A DNA stretch of 64,000 nt from an uncultured Acidobacteriota bacterium (GTDB lineage: Bacteria > Acidobacteriota > Thermoanaerobaculia > UBA5066 > Gp7-AA6), in the NCBI GenBank assembly GCA_963764715.1, contig CAVXTP010000021.1, positions 367,040 through 431,039 on the forward strand, written 5' to 3'. The notes beneath the pieces are model-generated. The model searched no databases. It saw only the letters and a list, made by a program, of their open reading frames with translations, and was not told the origin of the DNA. The position numbers and the translations under genes are program-made. Positions 45,585 through 54,650 of this stretch are shown here, piece by piece. Position 1 is the first letter of the stretch, and every line of letters begins with the position of its first letter.

Positions 45585-47963
45585 CTACGGGAGCGCGAAG
45601 GTCTTGGTCAGAAAGACGGCCATCTGCCCGCGCGTGTTGTTGTTGGCCGGGCAGTAGTTTCCGCCCCCGCAGCCCCCCGTCACGTTCTCGGCCGCGAGCT
45701 GCTCGATCCAGTCGGCGAAGAGCCCCGGGCACGTCACGTCGGGAAAGACGCCGGTACATGGCGGCGGCAGGTACGCCGAGCCGTGCTTGGCCTTCAGGAG
45801 AAAGACCGCCATCTGGTCGCGCCGGACCGGATTCTGAGGACAGTAGTTGCCCGCACCCTCGCGGACGGCGGAGCCGCAACCCCCGGTGATGCCCTCGAAA
45901 TAGAGGGCCTCGATCCAGGGCGCGAACGGCGTCGCGCAAAGCACGTCCGCGAAAATTCCGATACACGGCGGCGGGACGTAGCAGATGCCGTGCTTGCCCT
46001 TGAGAAGGAAGACCGCCATCTGTTGACGGAGGACGGGATTCGCGACGCCGTAGAGGCCGCCGCCGATGCCTCCGGTGATCGCGTTGGCGGTGAGAGCGAC
46101 AACGGAGTCGTGGAACAGGTTCGACGGCGGGACGTCGTCGAAGTCGGCGACCCAGCCCCGGGAGAGCGTTCCCCTCGTTCCGTCGGAATTGGTCACGGTG
46201 ACGTCGTGGGCGCCGGGGACGAGCGCGGGCGTCGTGGCGGAGACTTGCCAGAAGCTGTCGACGGAAACGCCGGAGGCGGCCTGGCCGCCGACGGACACCG
46301 TCGCGCCGGCTGCGAAGTCCGTGCCCGAGATCGCGACGGCCGTCCCGCCGCCCGAGGGCCCCGACCGCGGGGTGATCGAGAACGGAAGGCGCTGGGAAAA
46401 GCCGGAGGTCTGGTGGGTGGGGAAGCCGCCCGTGGGAACGGACGGATTGAAGGTCACGGTGGCGGTCGCCGTGACGCGCCGGCCCGTGACGTCGAGGATG
46501 GAATCGGCGTGGAACGCCAGGTGCCCGCTTGCGTCGGTGACGCCGCTCGTGGTCGCGAAGAAGTTCATGCCCTCGTCGAAGTCCGAGGGCCACTTCGCAG
46601 AGCACGCCGGACCGTAGAACAGCTCGATCGAGACGAAATCGTTCGGACTGCCCGAGTAGACGCCGTCGATCGCGCTTCCCGCGGCGCCCGAGACGACGGA
46701 GGTGATGATGGGAAAGTTGAACGGGCTCAGCGGCAAGTTCGCCCCGATCGCCTCGGCCTGCCCGAGCACGATTCCGAGGCCGTGGTTGTCATGGATCGAG
46801 TTCTCGGTGATGGTGACGCTGCTGTTGATGGAGATCTGGAGCCGCCAGATCCCCGACCGGTTGAAGGCGATCGCGTTGTAGGAGATGGCGAGCGCGTCGC
46901 CGACCTCGATGCGGATTCCGGTCCCGCCGTTGCCGATCGGGGACGTGCCGAGAACGTCGGCACCGATGACGTTGATGGCGACGATGTTCTGCACGGCGCC
47001 GATGTTGGCCGTCGAGTAGGAGAGGTCGACGCCGTTGCCGGCGTTGCCCGAGATGACGTTGGAGAAGATGCTGAAGTTTTCCGAGACGCCCTCGACGCGG
47101 ATCCCGTGGCCGCCGTTTCCGAGCATTGCCATGCCCGTGGCGTCGGTTCCGATGAGGTTGCCCTGGACGGAGTTCGCGTTGCCATCGGTGATGGCGACGC
47201 CGGTCCCGAAGTTGCCCGAGATGACGTTTCGCTCCTCGGGAGTCGGGCCGCCGACCTGGATGTTCGAGGAACCGGTCACTTGGATTCCGGCCCCGTTCGG
47301 AAGAGCCGCGGCGCCGGTCTTGTCGGTCCCGATCAGGTTTCCGCGGATCAGCTTGCCGTCGCACCCGGAGATCACGACGCCGGCCGACGAATTCCCCGCG
47401 ATGAGGTTCCGCGCCGCCGGGTAATTGTCGCCGATCTTGTCCTGCCCCGTCGTGCCGGTGATGGAGACACCCGTGACGTTGCCCGGGAACGTCTCGTTTC
47501 CGGCCGCATCAGTGCCGATGAAGTTGCCGATGACCCAGAGGCCGGGCGCGCCGGAGACCGCGATGGCCGTCTGGAAGCCGTGGAGGGCGAGGCCCTGGAC
47601 GATCGCTGCGCCGCCCGTGATCACGAGGCCGTCGGTCCCCTGGCCTAGCAGCTCGACCTGGAGCACGGCGTTGTCGCCGACCGGGTCGGTGTTCCACACG
47701 GAGCCGGGCTGGGAATAGCCGTCGATGAGAGTCGAGCCCGTGATGGTCAGGGGAGTGAACGTCACGATCGTGTGCGGGCCCGTGCCGGGGATCGCGAAAT
47801 CGATCAGGTCGCCTTCCACCGTCCCGTTGGCGTCGAGGATGGCCTGGCGGAAGGAGCCCGCGCCGCCGTCGTTGGTGTTGGTGACGGTGAAGGTGGCGGC
47901 GCCCAGGGGCTGAGCGGCGAGGCCGAGAAGCAGAAACGGGCCCAAACGCGGTTTGACTCGCAT
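45585..47963 (-). CDS. Secreted beta-helix / IPT / Cys-rich SLH protein, paralogue 16
   Basis: ORF 45585..48281; start ATG 47963 (MRVKPRLGPFLLL, GAGG upstream). Confidence 0.88.
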   Translation of the reverse strand: MRVKPRLGPFLLLGLAAQPLGAATFTVTNTNDGGAGSFRQAILDANGTVEGDLIDFAIPGTGPHTIVTFTPLTITGSTLIDGYSQPGSVWNTDPVGDNAVLQVELLGQGTDGLVITGGAAIVQGLALHGFQTAIAVSGAPGLWVIGNFIGTDAAGNETFPGNVTGVSITGTTGQDKIGDNYPAARNLIAGNSSAGVVISGCDGKLIRGNLIGTDKTGAAALPNGAGIQVTGSSNIQVGGPTPEERNVISGNFGTGVAITDGNANSVQGNLIGTDATGMAMLGNGGHGIRVEGVSENFSIFSNVISGNAGNGVDLSYSTANIGAVQNIVAINVIGADVLGTSPIGNGGTGIRIEVGDALAISYNAIAFNRSGIWRLQISINSSVTITENSIHDNHGLGIVLGQAEAIGANLPLSPFNFPIITSVVSGAAGSAIDGVYSGSPNDFVSIELFYGPACSAKWPSDFDEGMNFFATTSGVTDASGHLAFHADSILDVTGRRVTATATVTFNPSVPTGGFPTHQTSGFSQRLPFSITPRSGPSGGGTAVAISGTDFAAGATVSVGGQAASGVSVDSFWQVSATTPALVPGAHDVTVTNSDGTRGTLSRGWVADFDDVPPSNLFHDSVVALTANAITGGIGGGLYGVANPVLRQQMAVFLLKGKHGICYVPPPCIGIFADVLCATPFAPWIEALYFEGITGGCGSAVREGAGNYCPQNPVRRDQMAVFLLKAKHGSAYLPPPCTGVFPDVTCPGLFADWIEQLAAENVTGGCGGGNYCPANNNTRGQMAVFLTKTFALP

Positions 47964-48012
47964 TGGTGCACCTCTCGAAACTGCGCCGAGTCTATTCCCC
48001 TCGAGGCTCCCG

Positions 48013-50394
48013 CTACTGCAGGTTGAAGGTCTTGACGATGAACACGGCCATCTGCCCGCGGGTGTTGGGGTTGGCCGGGCAGTAGTTGCCGCCGCCGCAG
48101 CCGCCCGTAATGCCCTCGGCTGCGAGCCGCTCGATCCAGTCGGCGAATGCCGATGGGCAGGGAACGTCCGCGAATGTCCCCCCGCAGGCGGGCGGCACGT
48201 AACCGGGGCCGTGCTCGGCCTTGAGGAGGAAAACGGCCATCTGGTCGCGGCGCACGGGGCTTCCCGGACAGAAGTTGCCACCGCCGCAGCCGCCGGTGAT
48301 GCCTTCGGCGAGGAGCGCTTCGATCCAGTCGGCGAAGGCGGATGGACAGGGGACGTCGCCGAAAATGCCCGTGCACGGGGGCGGCACGTAGCACAGGCCG
48401 TGCTTGCCCTTGAGAAGGAAGACCGCCATCTGCTGGCGCAGCGTGGGGGAATCGACGCCGTAGAGGCCGCCTCCGACGCCGCCCGTGATGCCGTTCGCGA
48501 AGAGCGTCACGACGTCGGCGTGGAAGGGGTGGGCCGCCGGGACGTCCAGGAAATCCGAAACCCATCCCATCCTCAACGTCCCGCGGGTCCCGTCGAGATT
48601 GACCACCGTGATGTCGCTGGCCGAGCCGGCCGGCAGCGGGGGCGTGGCGCACGTGATCAGAGTGCGGTTCTGGACGGTGATGAAGTTCGGTGTCAATCCG
48701 CCGATCGTGATCGTCGCGCCCGGAAGGAAATCGGTGCCCGAGACGAAGACGGGCGTTCCCCCGGCCGCCGGTCCCGAGGAGGGCGAGACCGAAAAGGGCA
48801 ACCGCTGCGAGAAGGCCGACGTGTGGTAGCTCCCCAGGAGGCCCCCGTCCGCGATCGCGAACGGCGGGGTAAAGACTTCGGCGATCGTCGTGACGCGCTC
48901 GTCCGTCAGCGTCACCGGAAGCTGGTCGGTGAACGCTGCGTCGCCGTTGCCGTCGGTGACGAACGTCGCGCCGGTGCCGAGGAAGGTCTTCCCCTCGTCG
49001 AACCATTGCGGTCGCGATACACAGGCCGGGCTGGCAAAGTACCGCAGCGTGACGTTGCGGCCGGCCGGCCCGTGGTAGATCCCCTGGAAGGTGGTGACGC
49101 CTCCGGCCGACGCGACCGAGGTCAGAAGGGGAAAGTTGAGATCGCTTCCGGGTGCGTTGGCGGGAATGACCGGAGTGGCGCCGAAGGCGACGCCGAGGCC
49201 GCGGTTGGAGTCGATGGAGTTGCCGGTCCACACCACGGTCCGTTGCGGTGTTGGAAAGAGGTTCCAGATCCCGACCCGGTTGAAGGCGATGAGGTTGCCG
49301 TCGATGTGGAGGTAGTCGCCGGCGACCACGCGGACTCCGGCGCCTCCGTTTCCGATCGCCTGGCTCCCGCCCCCGTCCGTGCCGACGAAGTTGAGGGTGA
49401 CGGAGTTGGTCACGAAATTGCTGATGATGAGTCCGGTGTTGATCTCGATCCCGTTGACGGCGTTGCCCGAGACGACGTTCCGCTGGACGAGGTAGGTCTC
49501 GGGGTAGCCGTTGATCTCGATGCCGTGGTTGCCGTTGCCGAGCGCGGCCTGGCCGTAGGCATCGGTCCCGACGTAGTTGCCGTCGATGTGATTGAAGTTC
49601 CCATCCGTCGTTTCGATGCCGGTGCCGAGATTGCCGGAGACCACGTTCCGCTCGACGTTCGTGCCGATCTGGTTGCCGGACGAGTTCGTCAGCCGGATGC
49701 CCGTTCCGTTGCCCCGCGGGAAGGAGCCCGTGGGATCCGTGCCGATGAGGTTCGAGAGGATCGCCTTGCCGTTGGCCCCCGAGAGCTCGACCCCGATCAC
49801 GTTTCCCGAGATCAGGTTTCGGTCGGAGACGGCGCTTCCGCCGATCGTGTCGAGACCGGTCGTGCCCTGGACCGAAATGCCGACGGCGTTCCCGGCGGTC
49901 GGCCCGCCGGCGGCGTTGGTGCCGATGAAGTTCCCGCGGATCCAGTTGTTGGGATTGGTCGTCAGGACGATCGCCGCCTGGAATCCGTTCAGGGCGAGGC
50001 CCTGGACGACCGCGCCCGACGCGATCGTGAGCCCGTCCGTGCCGCTTCCCTGGAGCTCGATCTGGAGAACGGCGTTCGTCCCGGCGGGGAGGGTGTTCCA
50101 CGCCGAGCCGGGCTGGGAGTAGCCGTCGAGGGTGACGTCCTCGGTGATCGTGGGCAGGGCCGAGGGAACGGCGATGACGTGCACGCCGGGGCCCGGGATG
50201 TCGAAGACGATCGAATCCGGGCCGACGACCGCATTCGCGTCGAGAATCGCCTGCCGCAGGGACCCGGCCCCGGAGTCGTTGGCATTGGTGACCGTGAAGA
50301 CGGCGCCTCCGGCCAGGGCCGGAGCCGCGCCGGTCGCGACCATCCCGGCAAAGACGACGACTGCCCCCAGGGCCCTCCCGGCGAATCCCCGCAT
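48013..50394 (-). CDS. Secreted beta-helix / IPT / Cys-rich SLH protein, paralogue 17
   Basis: 793 aa ORF with the same architecture. Confidence 0.9.
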   Translation of the reverse strand: MRGFAGRALGAVVVFAGMVATGAAPALAGGAVFTVTNANDSGAGSLRQAILDANAVVGPDSIVFDIPGPGVHVIAVPSALPTITEDVTLDGYSQPGSAWNTLPAGTNAVLQIELQGSGTDGLTIASGAVVQGLALNGFQAAIVLTTNPNNWIRGNFIGTNAAGGPTAGNAVGISVQGTTGLDTIGGSAVSDRNLISGNVIGVELSGANGKAILSNLIGTDPTGSFPRGNGTGIRLTNSSGNQIGTNVERNVVSGNLGTGIETTDGNFNHIDGNYVGTDAYGQAALGNGNHGIEINGYPETYLVQRNVVSGNAVNGIEINTGLIISNFVTNSVTLNFVGTDGGGSQAIGNGGAGVRVVAGDYLHIDGNLIAFNRVGIWNLFPTPQRTVVWTGNSIDSNRGLGVAFGATPVIPANAPGSDLNFPLLTSVASAGGVTTFQGIYHGPAGRNVTLRYFASPACVSRPQWFDEGKTFLGTGATFVTDGNGDAAFTDQLPVTLTDERVTTIAEVFTPPFAIADGGLLGSYHTSAFSQRLPFSVSPSSGPAAGGTPVFVSGTDFLPGATITIGGLTPNFITVQNRTLITCATPPLPAGSASDITVVNLDGTRGTLRMGWVSDFLDVPAAHPFHADVVTLFANGITGGVGGGLYGVDSPTLRQQMAVFLLKGKHGLCYVPPPCTGIFGDVPCPSAFADWIEALLAEGITGGCGGGNFCPGSPVRRDQMAVFLLKAEHGPGYVPPACGGTFADVPCPSAFADWIERLAAEGITGGCGGGNYCPANPNTRGQMAVFIVKTFNLQ

Positions 50395-50413
50395 GTGTGC
50401 CCCCTGAGGATCA

Positions 50414-50440
50414 CGCGCAGGAAGCCCCCCCGACGGGTCA
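50414..50440 (-). promoter_or_regulatory. Variant bipartite motif TGACC-N14-CCTGCGCG
   Basis: Same spacing; upstream of paralogue 17; the spacer contains a G7 run. Confidence 0.4.
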
Positions 50441-50478
50441 GCGGGAGGCGATACCCATCGAATTCGGGGCGGACGCTG

Positions 50479-52791
50479 CTATTGCAGTCCGAACGTCTTG
50501 ACGATGAACACGGCCATCTGCCCCCGCGTATTCGGGTTGCCGGGGCAGTAGTTGCCGCCGCCGCAGCCGCCCGTGATGTTCTCGGCCGCGAGCTGCTCGA
50601 TCCAGCTGGCGAAGGTCGACGGGCAGGGCACGTCCGGAAAGGTCCCGGCGCAGGCCGGAGGCAGGTAGCTCGAGCCGTGCTCGGCCTTGAGCAGGAAGAC
50701 GGCCATCTGGTCGCGCCGCACGGGACTCGTCGGGCAGTAGTTGCCGCCGCCGCATCCGCCGGTGATCCCTTCGTCGGCCAGGGCCTCGATCCAGTTGGCG
50801 AACGTCGACGGGCAGGTGACGTCGCCGAAGGCTCCGTTGCAGGGGGGCGGGGTGTAACAGAGGCCGAACTTCGCCTTGAGAAGGAAGACGGCCATCTGCT
50901 GGCGCAGCGTCGGCAGGTCCACGCCGTAGTTGCCGCCGCCGACTCCGACGGTGATGCCGCTCGAGACGAGAGTCGTGACGAACGAATGGAACTGTTGGAA
51001 ACCGGGGACGTCCAGAAAATCGGCGACCCAGGCCTTGGGGAGCGTGCCCGTCGTGGCGTCCGGAGTCGTCACGACCAGGTCGTTGACGGTGCCCGGGCCG
51101 AGAGCGGGCGAGGTGGACTGCAGGGTGTGATCGTTGACGAAGGTGACGGGAGTCGAGACGCCGCCGATGGTCATCGTCGTCGGGTTGGCGAAGTCGGTTC
51201 CGGAGACGGCGATCGCCGTTCCGCCGGAGGCCGGGCCCGAGGTCACGCCCGTCAGGGCAAATACGATGCGCTGGGAGAACTCGGAGGTATTGCCGGCCGG
51301 ATCGGTCGCCGTCGCGGAGATGCGGGCGCCCGCCTCCGAGGCGACGGGGAGCGTCACGTCGATCGCCGCATGACCCGATCCGCTGGTGGTGACCTGGGAA
51401 GACCCGAGGTAGGTCTCGCCCTCGAGGAACTCCCGGGGAGTGTTCGAGCAGGCGGCGTTGGCGAAGAAGTCCAGTTCGAACGTCGTCGAGGGCGCGCCGT
51501 TGAACTTGCCGGTGATGTGCGTCGTTCCGGGGCCCGGGACCGCGGACAGGATGATGGGAAAGTTCTGGAGCTGGTTCGGACCCGTGTCACCGTCGGTCGG
51601 GTCGTTCGGGACCGGGGAGCCGGTGCCGAACGCGATGCCGAGGCTGTAGTTGGAAAAGATCCGGTTGGCCCGGATCGAATTCCCCGTGCCGGCGGCCGCC
51701 TCGAGGAAAATGCCCGCGCCGACGGTCGCGACACCGGCGACTCCGTTGTAGGCGATGGTGTTGCCCTCGCCCGCGGCGGTGCCGCCGATCTGGTTGTTCT
51801 GCGTCAGGCATCCGAGGAAGAGGCCGTCCTGGACGTTTCCGAGGGGGTTGGTTCCCGAAGCATCGACCCCGATCCGATTGCCCTGGATCACGTTGTCCGC
51901 GAGGGCGGTCACGCAGTCGTAAGTCAGGCTGATGCCGTAATCGCCGTTTCCGGAGATCACGTTCCCCTCCCCGGCGGCGGACCCTCCGATGGCGACACCC
52001 GAGCCGGGGAACAGGGCGACGCCCACACCGCCGCCGAGGGATGCCGTTCCCCCCGCGTTGGTCCCGATGTGGTTGCCCTGCACGGCCGTGCCATTCACCG
52101 TGGCGCCGAAGTCGCCTTCGAGCCGGATGTTCGCGCCGAAGGCGGTGTTCTCTCCGTTGGCCGAGATCACGTTGCGATCGCCGGGGTTCGGCCCGCCGAT
52201 GTTGCTGTTCGGAGCGCGAAGGAAAACGCCCCACGTGCCGCAACCGGCGGCCAGCGTTCCCGACGGGTCCGTGCCGATGAAATTGCCCCGGATGGTGTGA
52301 CCGCCGAGCGTCGCGCCGCCCGTCGCGTCGATGAAGATTCCCACGTAGCTGAACCGGTTGATGACGAGTCCCCGGATCGTGGTGCTGTTCGACAGCACAT
52401 AGAACCCGATGGCGAACCCGCCGACCTGGCTCCCGTCGAGCTCGATTCCCAACACCGCGTTGTCGCCGACGGCCAGAGTGTTCTGGCTCGTACCGGGCTG
52501 CGTGTAGCCGTCGATGATCACCGGATCGGTGATGTTGGGCAGCGCCGACGCCGGCTTGATCGTGCAGACGACCGGGAGGCCGGCGCAGCCGGCGCCCGTG
52601 ACGTTGAAGGCGATCGTGTCGGGGACGCCGGGACTCGCGTTGGAGTCGGTGATCGCCTGGCGCAGCGACCCCGCGCCGCTGTCGGCGGTCGTCGTCACGG
52701 TGAGGGTTGCGGCGACGGCGGCGGACGTCAGGCCCGTGAGAAGAAGCCCGAGAGCGAGCGATAGAAATCGACCCGGGCGCGTGGAGCGCAT
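50479..52791 (-). CDS. Secreted beta-helix / IPT / Cys-rich SLH protein, paralogue 18
   Basis: ORF 50479..53121; likely start ATG 52791 (MRSTRPGRFLSLALGLLL). Confidence 0.88.
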   Translation of the reverse strand: MRSTRPGRFLSLALGLLLTGLTSAAVAATLTVTTTADSGAGSLRQAITDSNASPGVPDTIAFNVTGAGCAGLPVVCTIKPASALPNITDPVIIDGYTQPGTSQNTLAVGDNAVLGIELDGSQVGGFAIGFYVLSNSTTIRGLVINRFSYVGIFIDATGGATLGGHTIRGNFIGTDPSGTLAAGCGTWGVFLRAPNSNIGGPNPGDRNVISANGENTAFGANIRLEGDFGATVNGTAVQGNHIGTNAGGTASLGGGVGVALFPGSGVAIGGSAAGEGNVISGNGDYGISLTYDCVTALADNVIQGNRIGVDASGTNPLGNVQDGLFLGCLTQNNQIGGTAAGEGNTIAYNGVAGVATVGAGIFLEAAAGTGNSIRANRIFSNYSLGIAFGTGSPVPNDPTDGDTGPNQLQNFPIILSAVPGPGTTHITGKFNGAPSTTFELDFFANAACSNTPREFLEGETYLGSSQVTTSGSGHAAIDVTLPVASEAGARISATATDPAGNTSEFSQRIVFALTGVTSGPASGGTAIAVSGTDFANPTTMTIGGVSTPVTFVNDHTLQSTSPALGPGTVNDLVVTTPDATTGTLPKAWVADFLDVPGFQQFHSFVTTLVSSGITVGVGGGNYGVDLPTLRQQMAVFLLKAKFGLCYTPPPCNGAFGDVTCPSTFANWIEALADEGITGGCGGGNYCPTSPVRRDQMAVFLLKAEHGSSYLPPACAGTFPDVPCPSTFASWIEQLAAENITGGCGGGNYCPGNPNTRGQMAVFIVKTFGLQ

Positions 52792-52996
52792 TGCATTCCG
52801 ACCTTTCTGGACTCGACGGGCAGGAAGAGAGGAGTCTATCCCCTCCGTGACGCGCCGAGCCGTCGGCAAGGAGAGAAGGCGACGATCCGAACGCGGAGAG
52901 AACGACGAGAAGTGGCCGGAGGGTCGCGGCGGACGGCGCTCGCGCGGAGCGGAGAGTCGCAGAGAGGATAGCACCTTTCTCGCGCGGCAAACATCC

Positions 52997-53024
52997 TTGA
53001 TTCTTCGCGCGGCGGAGCGATAAT
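52997..53024 (+). promoter_or_regulatory. Sigma70-like promoter TTGATT-N16-GATAAT
   Basis: Near-consensus boxes ending 10 nt before ATG 53035. Confidence 0.4.
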
Positions 53025-53034
53025 CGCCGCGGAC

Positions 53035-53391
53035 ATGGAACTCTCGGATCACCTCCGCGAAATGCTGAAGGAGCTGGGGCAGGCCATCAACGAGTCCATC
53101 TCGGGCTCGGGCCGCGTGCACGATTCCATCCAGCGCATCCGCGACGAGGGCTACAACCTGTACATGGTGCTCGACGCGAAGGTCGGCGTGAACAAGCGCG
53201 AAGGCCGGTCGAACCGGTCGCGGCGCACCGTCGTCAGCGCGGTCGATCCCGACGACGCCCCCGCGCCGCCGGCGAGCCGCGCTGCGTTCCGCATCAATCT
53301 CAAGGACCTCCGCTTCCTGAAGTCGCTCGGGATCGATCCGACCCGCAAGGTCCGCGTCCGCAAGGCGCCGGTCCGCCGGGTCGCGAAGTAG
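53035..53391 (+). CDS. Hypothetical protein (118 aa)
   Basis: Typical codon usage; helical N-terminus ELGQAINESIS and C-terminal DLRFLKSLGI. Resembles small acidobacterial hypotheticals (recollection, not searched). Confidence 0.75.
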   Translation: MELSDHLREMLKELGQAINESISGSGRVHDSIQRIRDEGYNLYMVLDAKVGVNKREGRSNRSRRTVVSAVDPDDAPAPPASRAAFRINLKDLRFLKSLGIDPTRKVRVRKAPVRRVAK

Positions 53392-53441
53392 CCCGGGCTC
53401 CTGACCCCTTCCGCTCCCGGTCCGGGGACTAGACTGCGCCC

Positions 53442-54626
53442 ATGGATCCGCTCGGGATGACGTCCGCCGCCTGGGAAGCGCTCGCCGCCGGGTGGGGGCT
53501 TCCGCGGTACCGCGGCCGCCAGATCTTCGACGCCCTGCACCGGAGCGGACGCCTCGACTACGCGGCGATGCGCGAGCTGCCGGGCGACCTGCGCGAACGG
53601 CTCGCGCTCGAGCTTCCGATCCGTCTGCCGGAGGTCGCGCGCCGCGAGGAATCGGTCGACGGAAGCGTGAAGCTCGGCCTGCGGCTCGACGACGGCGCGC
53701 TCATCGAAGCGGTTTACATGCCGGCGGGCGAGTCGACGGCGCAGGTCAACGAATTTACCGACGCGCGCGCTTCGTCTCCGGATGGTGGGGCGAGCCGCGG
53801 TCGCCGCTCCACTCCGGCGACGACCCGCTTCACCGTCTGCCTCTCCTCCCAGACCGGCTGCGCCGTCGACTGCGCCTTCTGCGTGACCGGGCGCCTGGGC
53901 GCCGGGCGCAACCTCACCGCCGGGGAGATCCTCGGCCAGCTCCACGTCCTCCGCCGCGAGGTCGGCCGCGGGCTGGAGGGCATGCGCCTCGTCTTCATGG
54001 GCATGGGGGAGCCCTTCCTCAATCCCGAGGGCGTGATTCCCGCCCTCGAGGTCCTCTTCGAGCTCCTCTCGCCGAGCCGGGTCACCGTGTCGACCTCCGG
54101 CATCACTCCGGCCTTCGCGCGGTTCGCGGCGCTTCCGAAGCGGCCCAATCTCGCCGTCTCGTTGAACGCCGCGGACGAAGCGGCGCGCGAGAAGCTGATG
54201 CCGATCTCGAAAACGTATCCGCTGCCGGGTCTCGTCGCCGCGATGAAGGCCTGGCCTCTCGAGACGAGGCGCTCGATCCTGGTGGAGTACGTGCTCGTCG
54301 CGGGCGTCAACGATTCTCCGGGCGACGCCGTAAAGCTCGTCCGCCTCCTGCGGGGCCTGCGCATCAAGGTCAACGTGATCCCGTTGAACGAGGACCCGAC
54401 CTACCTGCCGGGCTGGAAGCGTCCCGACGAGCGGGCGGTCGACGGCTTCGTCCGGCCCCTCGCCGACGCCGGCATCACCGTCACCGTGCGCCGCAGCAAG
54501 GGCCCCGACGCCTCCGCGGCGTGCGGCCAGTTGAAGGGGAGGACGGTGGATCCGAGAAAGCGGTCGGGAAGCGGGAGGCAGGAGGCAGGAGGCAGGAAAG
54601 ATCGCGATCCCCGGCCTGCCTCCTGA
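53442..54626 (+). CDS. rlmN: Dual-specificity RNA methyltransferase RlmN (radical SAM)
   Basis: TVCLSSQTGCAVDCAFCVTG, RNLTAGEI, VFMGMGEP, LAVSLNA, EYVL..GVND, KVNVIP, AACGQL. Confidence 0.9.
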   Translation: MDPLGMTSAAWEALAAGWGLPRYRGRQIFDALHRSGRLDYAAMRELPGDLRERLALELPIRLPEVARREESVDGSVKLGLRLDDGALIEAVYMPAGESTAQVNEFTDARASSPDGGASRGRRSTPATTRFTVCLSSQTGCAVDCAFCVTGRLGAGRNLTAGEILGQLHVLRREVGRGLEGMRLVFMGMGEPFLNPEGVIPALEVLFELLSPSRVTVSTSGITPAFARFAALPKRPNLAVSLNAADEAAREKLMPISKTYPLPGLVAAMKAWPLETRRSILVEYVLVAGVNDSPGDAVKLVRLLRGLRIKVNVIPLNEDPTYLPGWKRPDERAVDGFVRPLADAGITVTVRRSKGPDASAACGQLKGRTVDPRKRSGSGRQEAGGRKDRDPRPAS

Positions 54627-54646
54627 CGTCTGCCGCCTGCCGCCTG
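54567..54646. repeat. Inverted arrays of 7-nt repeats between convergent genes
   Basis: (ggaggca)x3 followed by cctgcctcctg...ctgccgcctgccgcctg; can form a long hairpin across the rlmN 3' end. Confidence 0.55.
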
Positions 54647-54650
54647 ATCT

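Noticed and set aside
1-52791. Diversity-generating retroelement, shufflon or integron as the diversification mechanism
   Set aside because: No reverse transcriptase, recombinase or integrase in the window; no template/variable repeat pair with adenine-specific differences, inverted cassettes or attC-like sites seen. A trans-acting enzyme elsewhere cannot be excluded.
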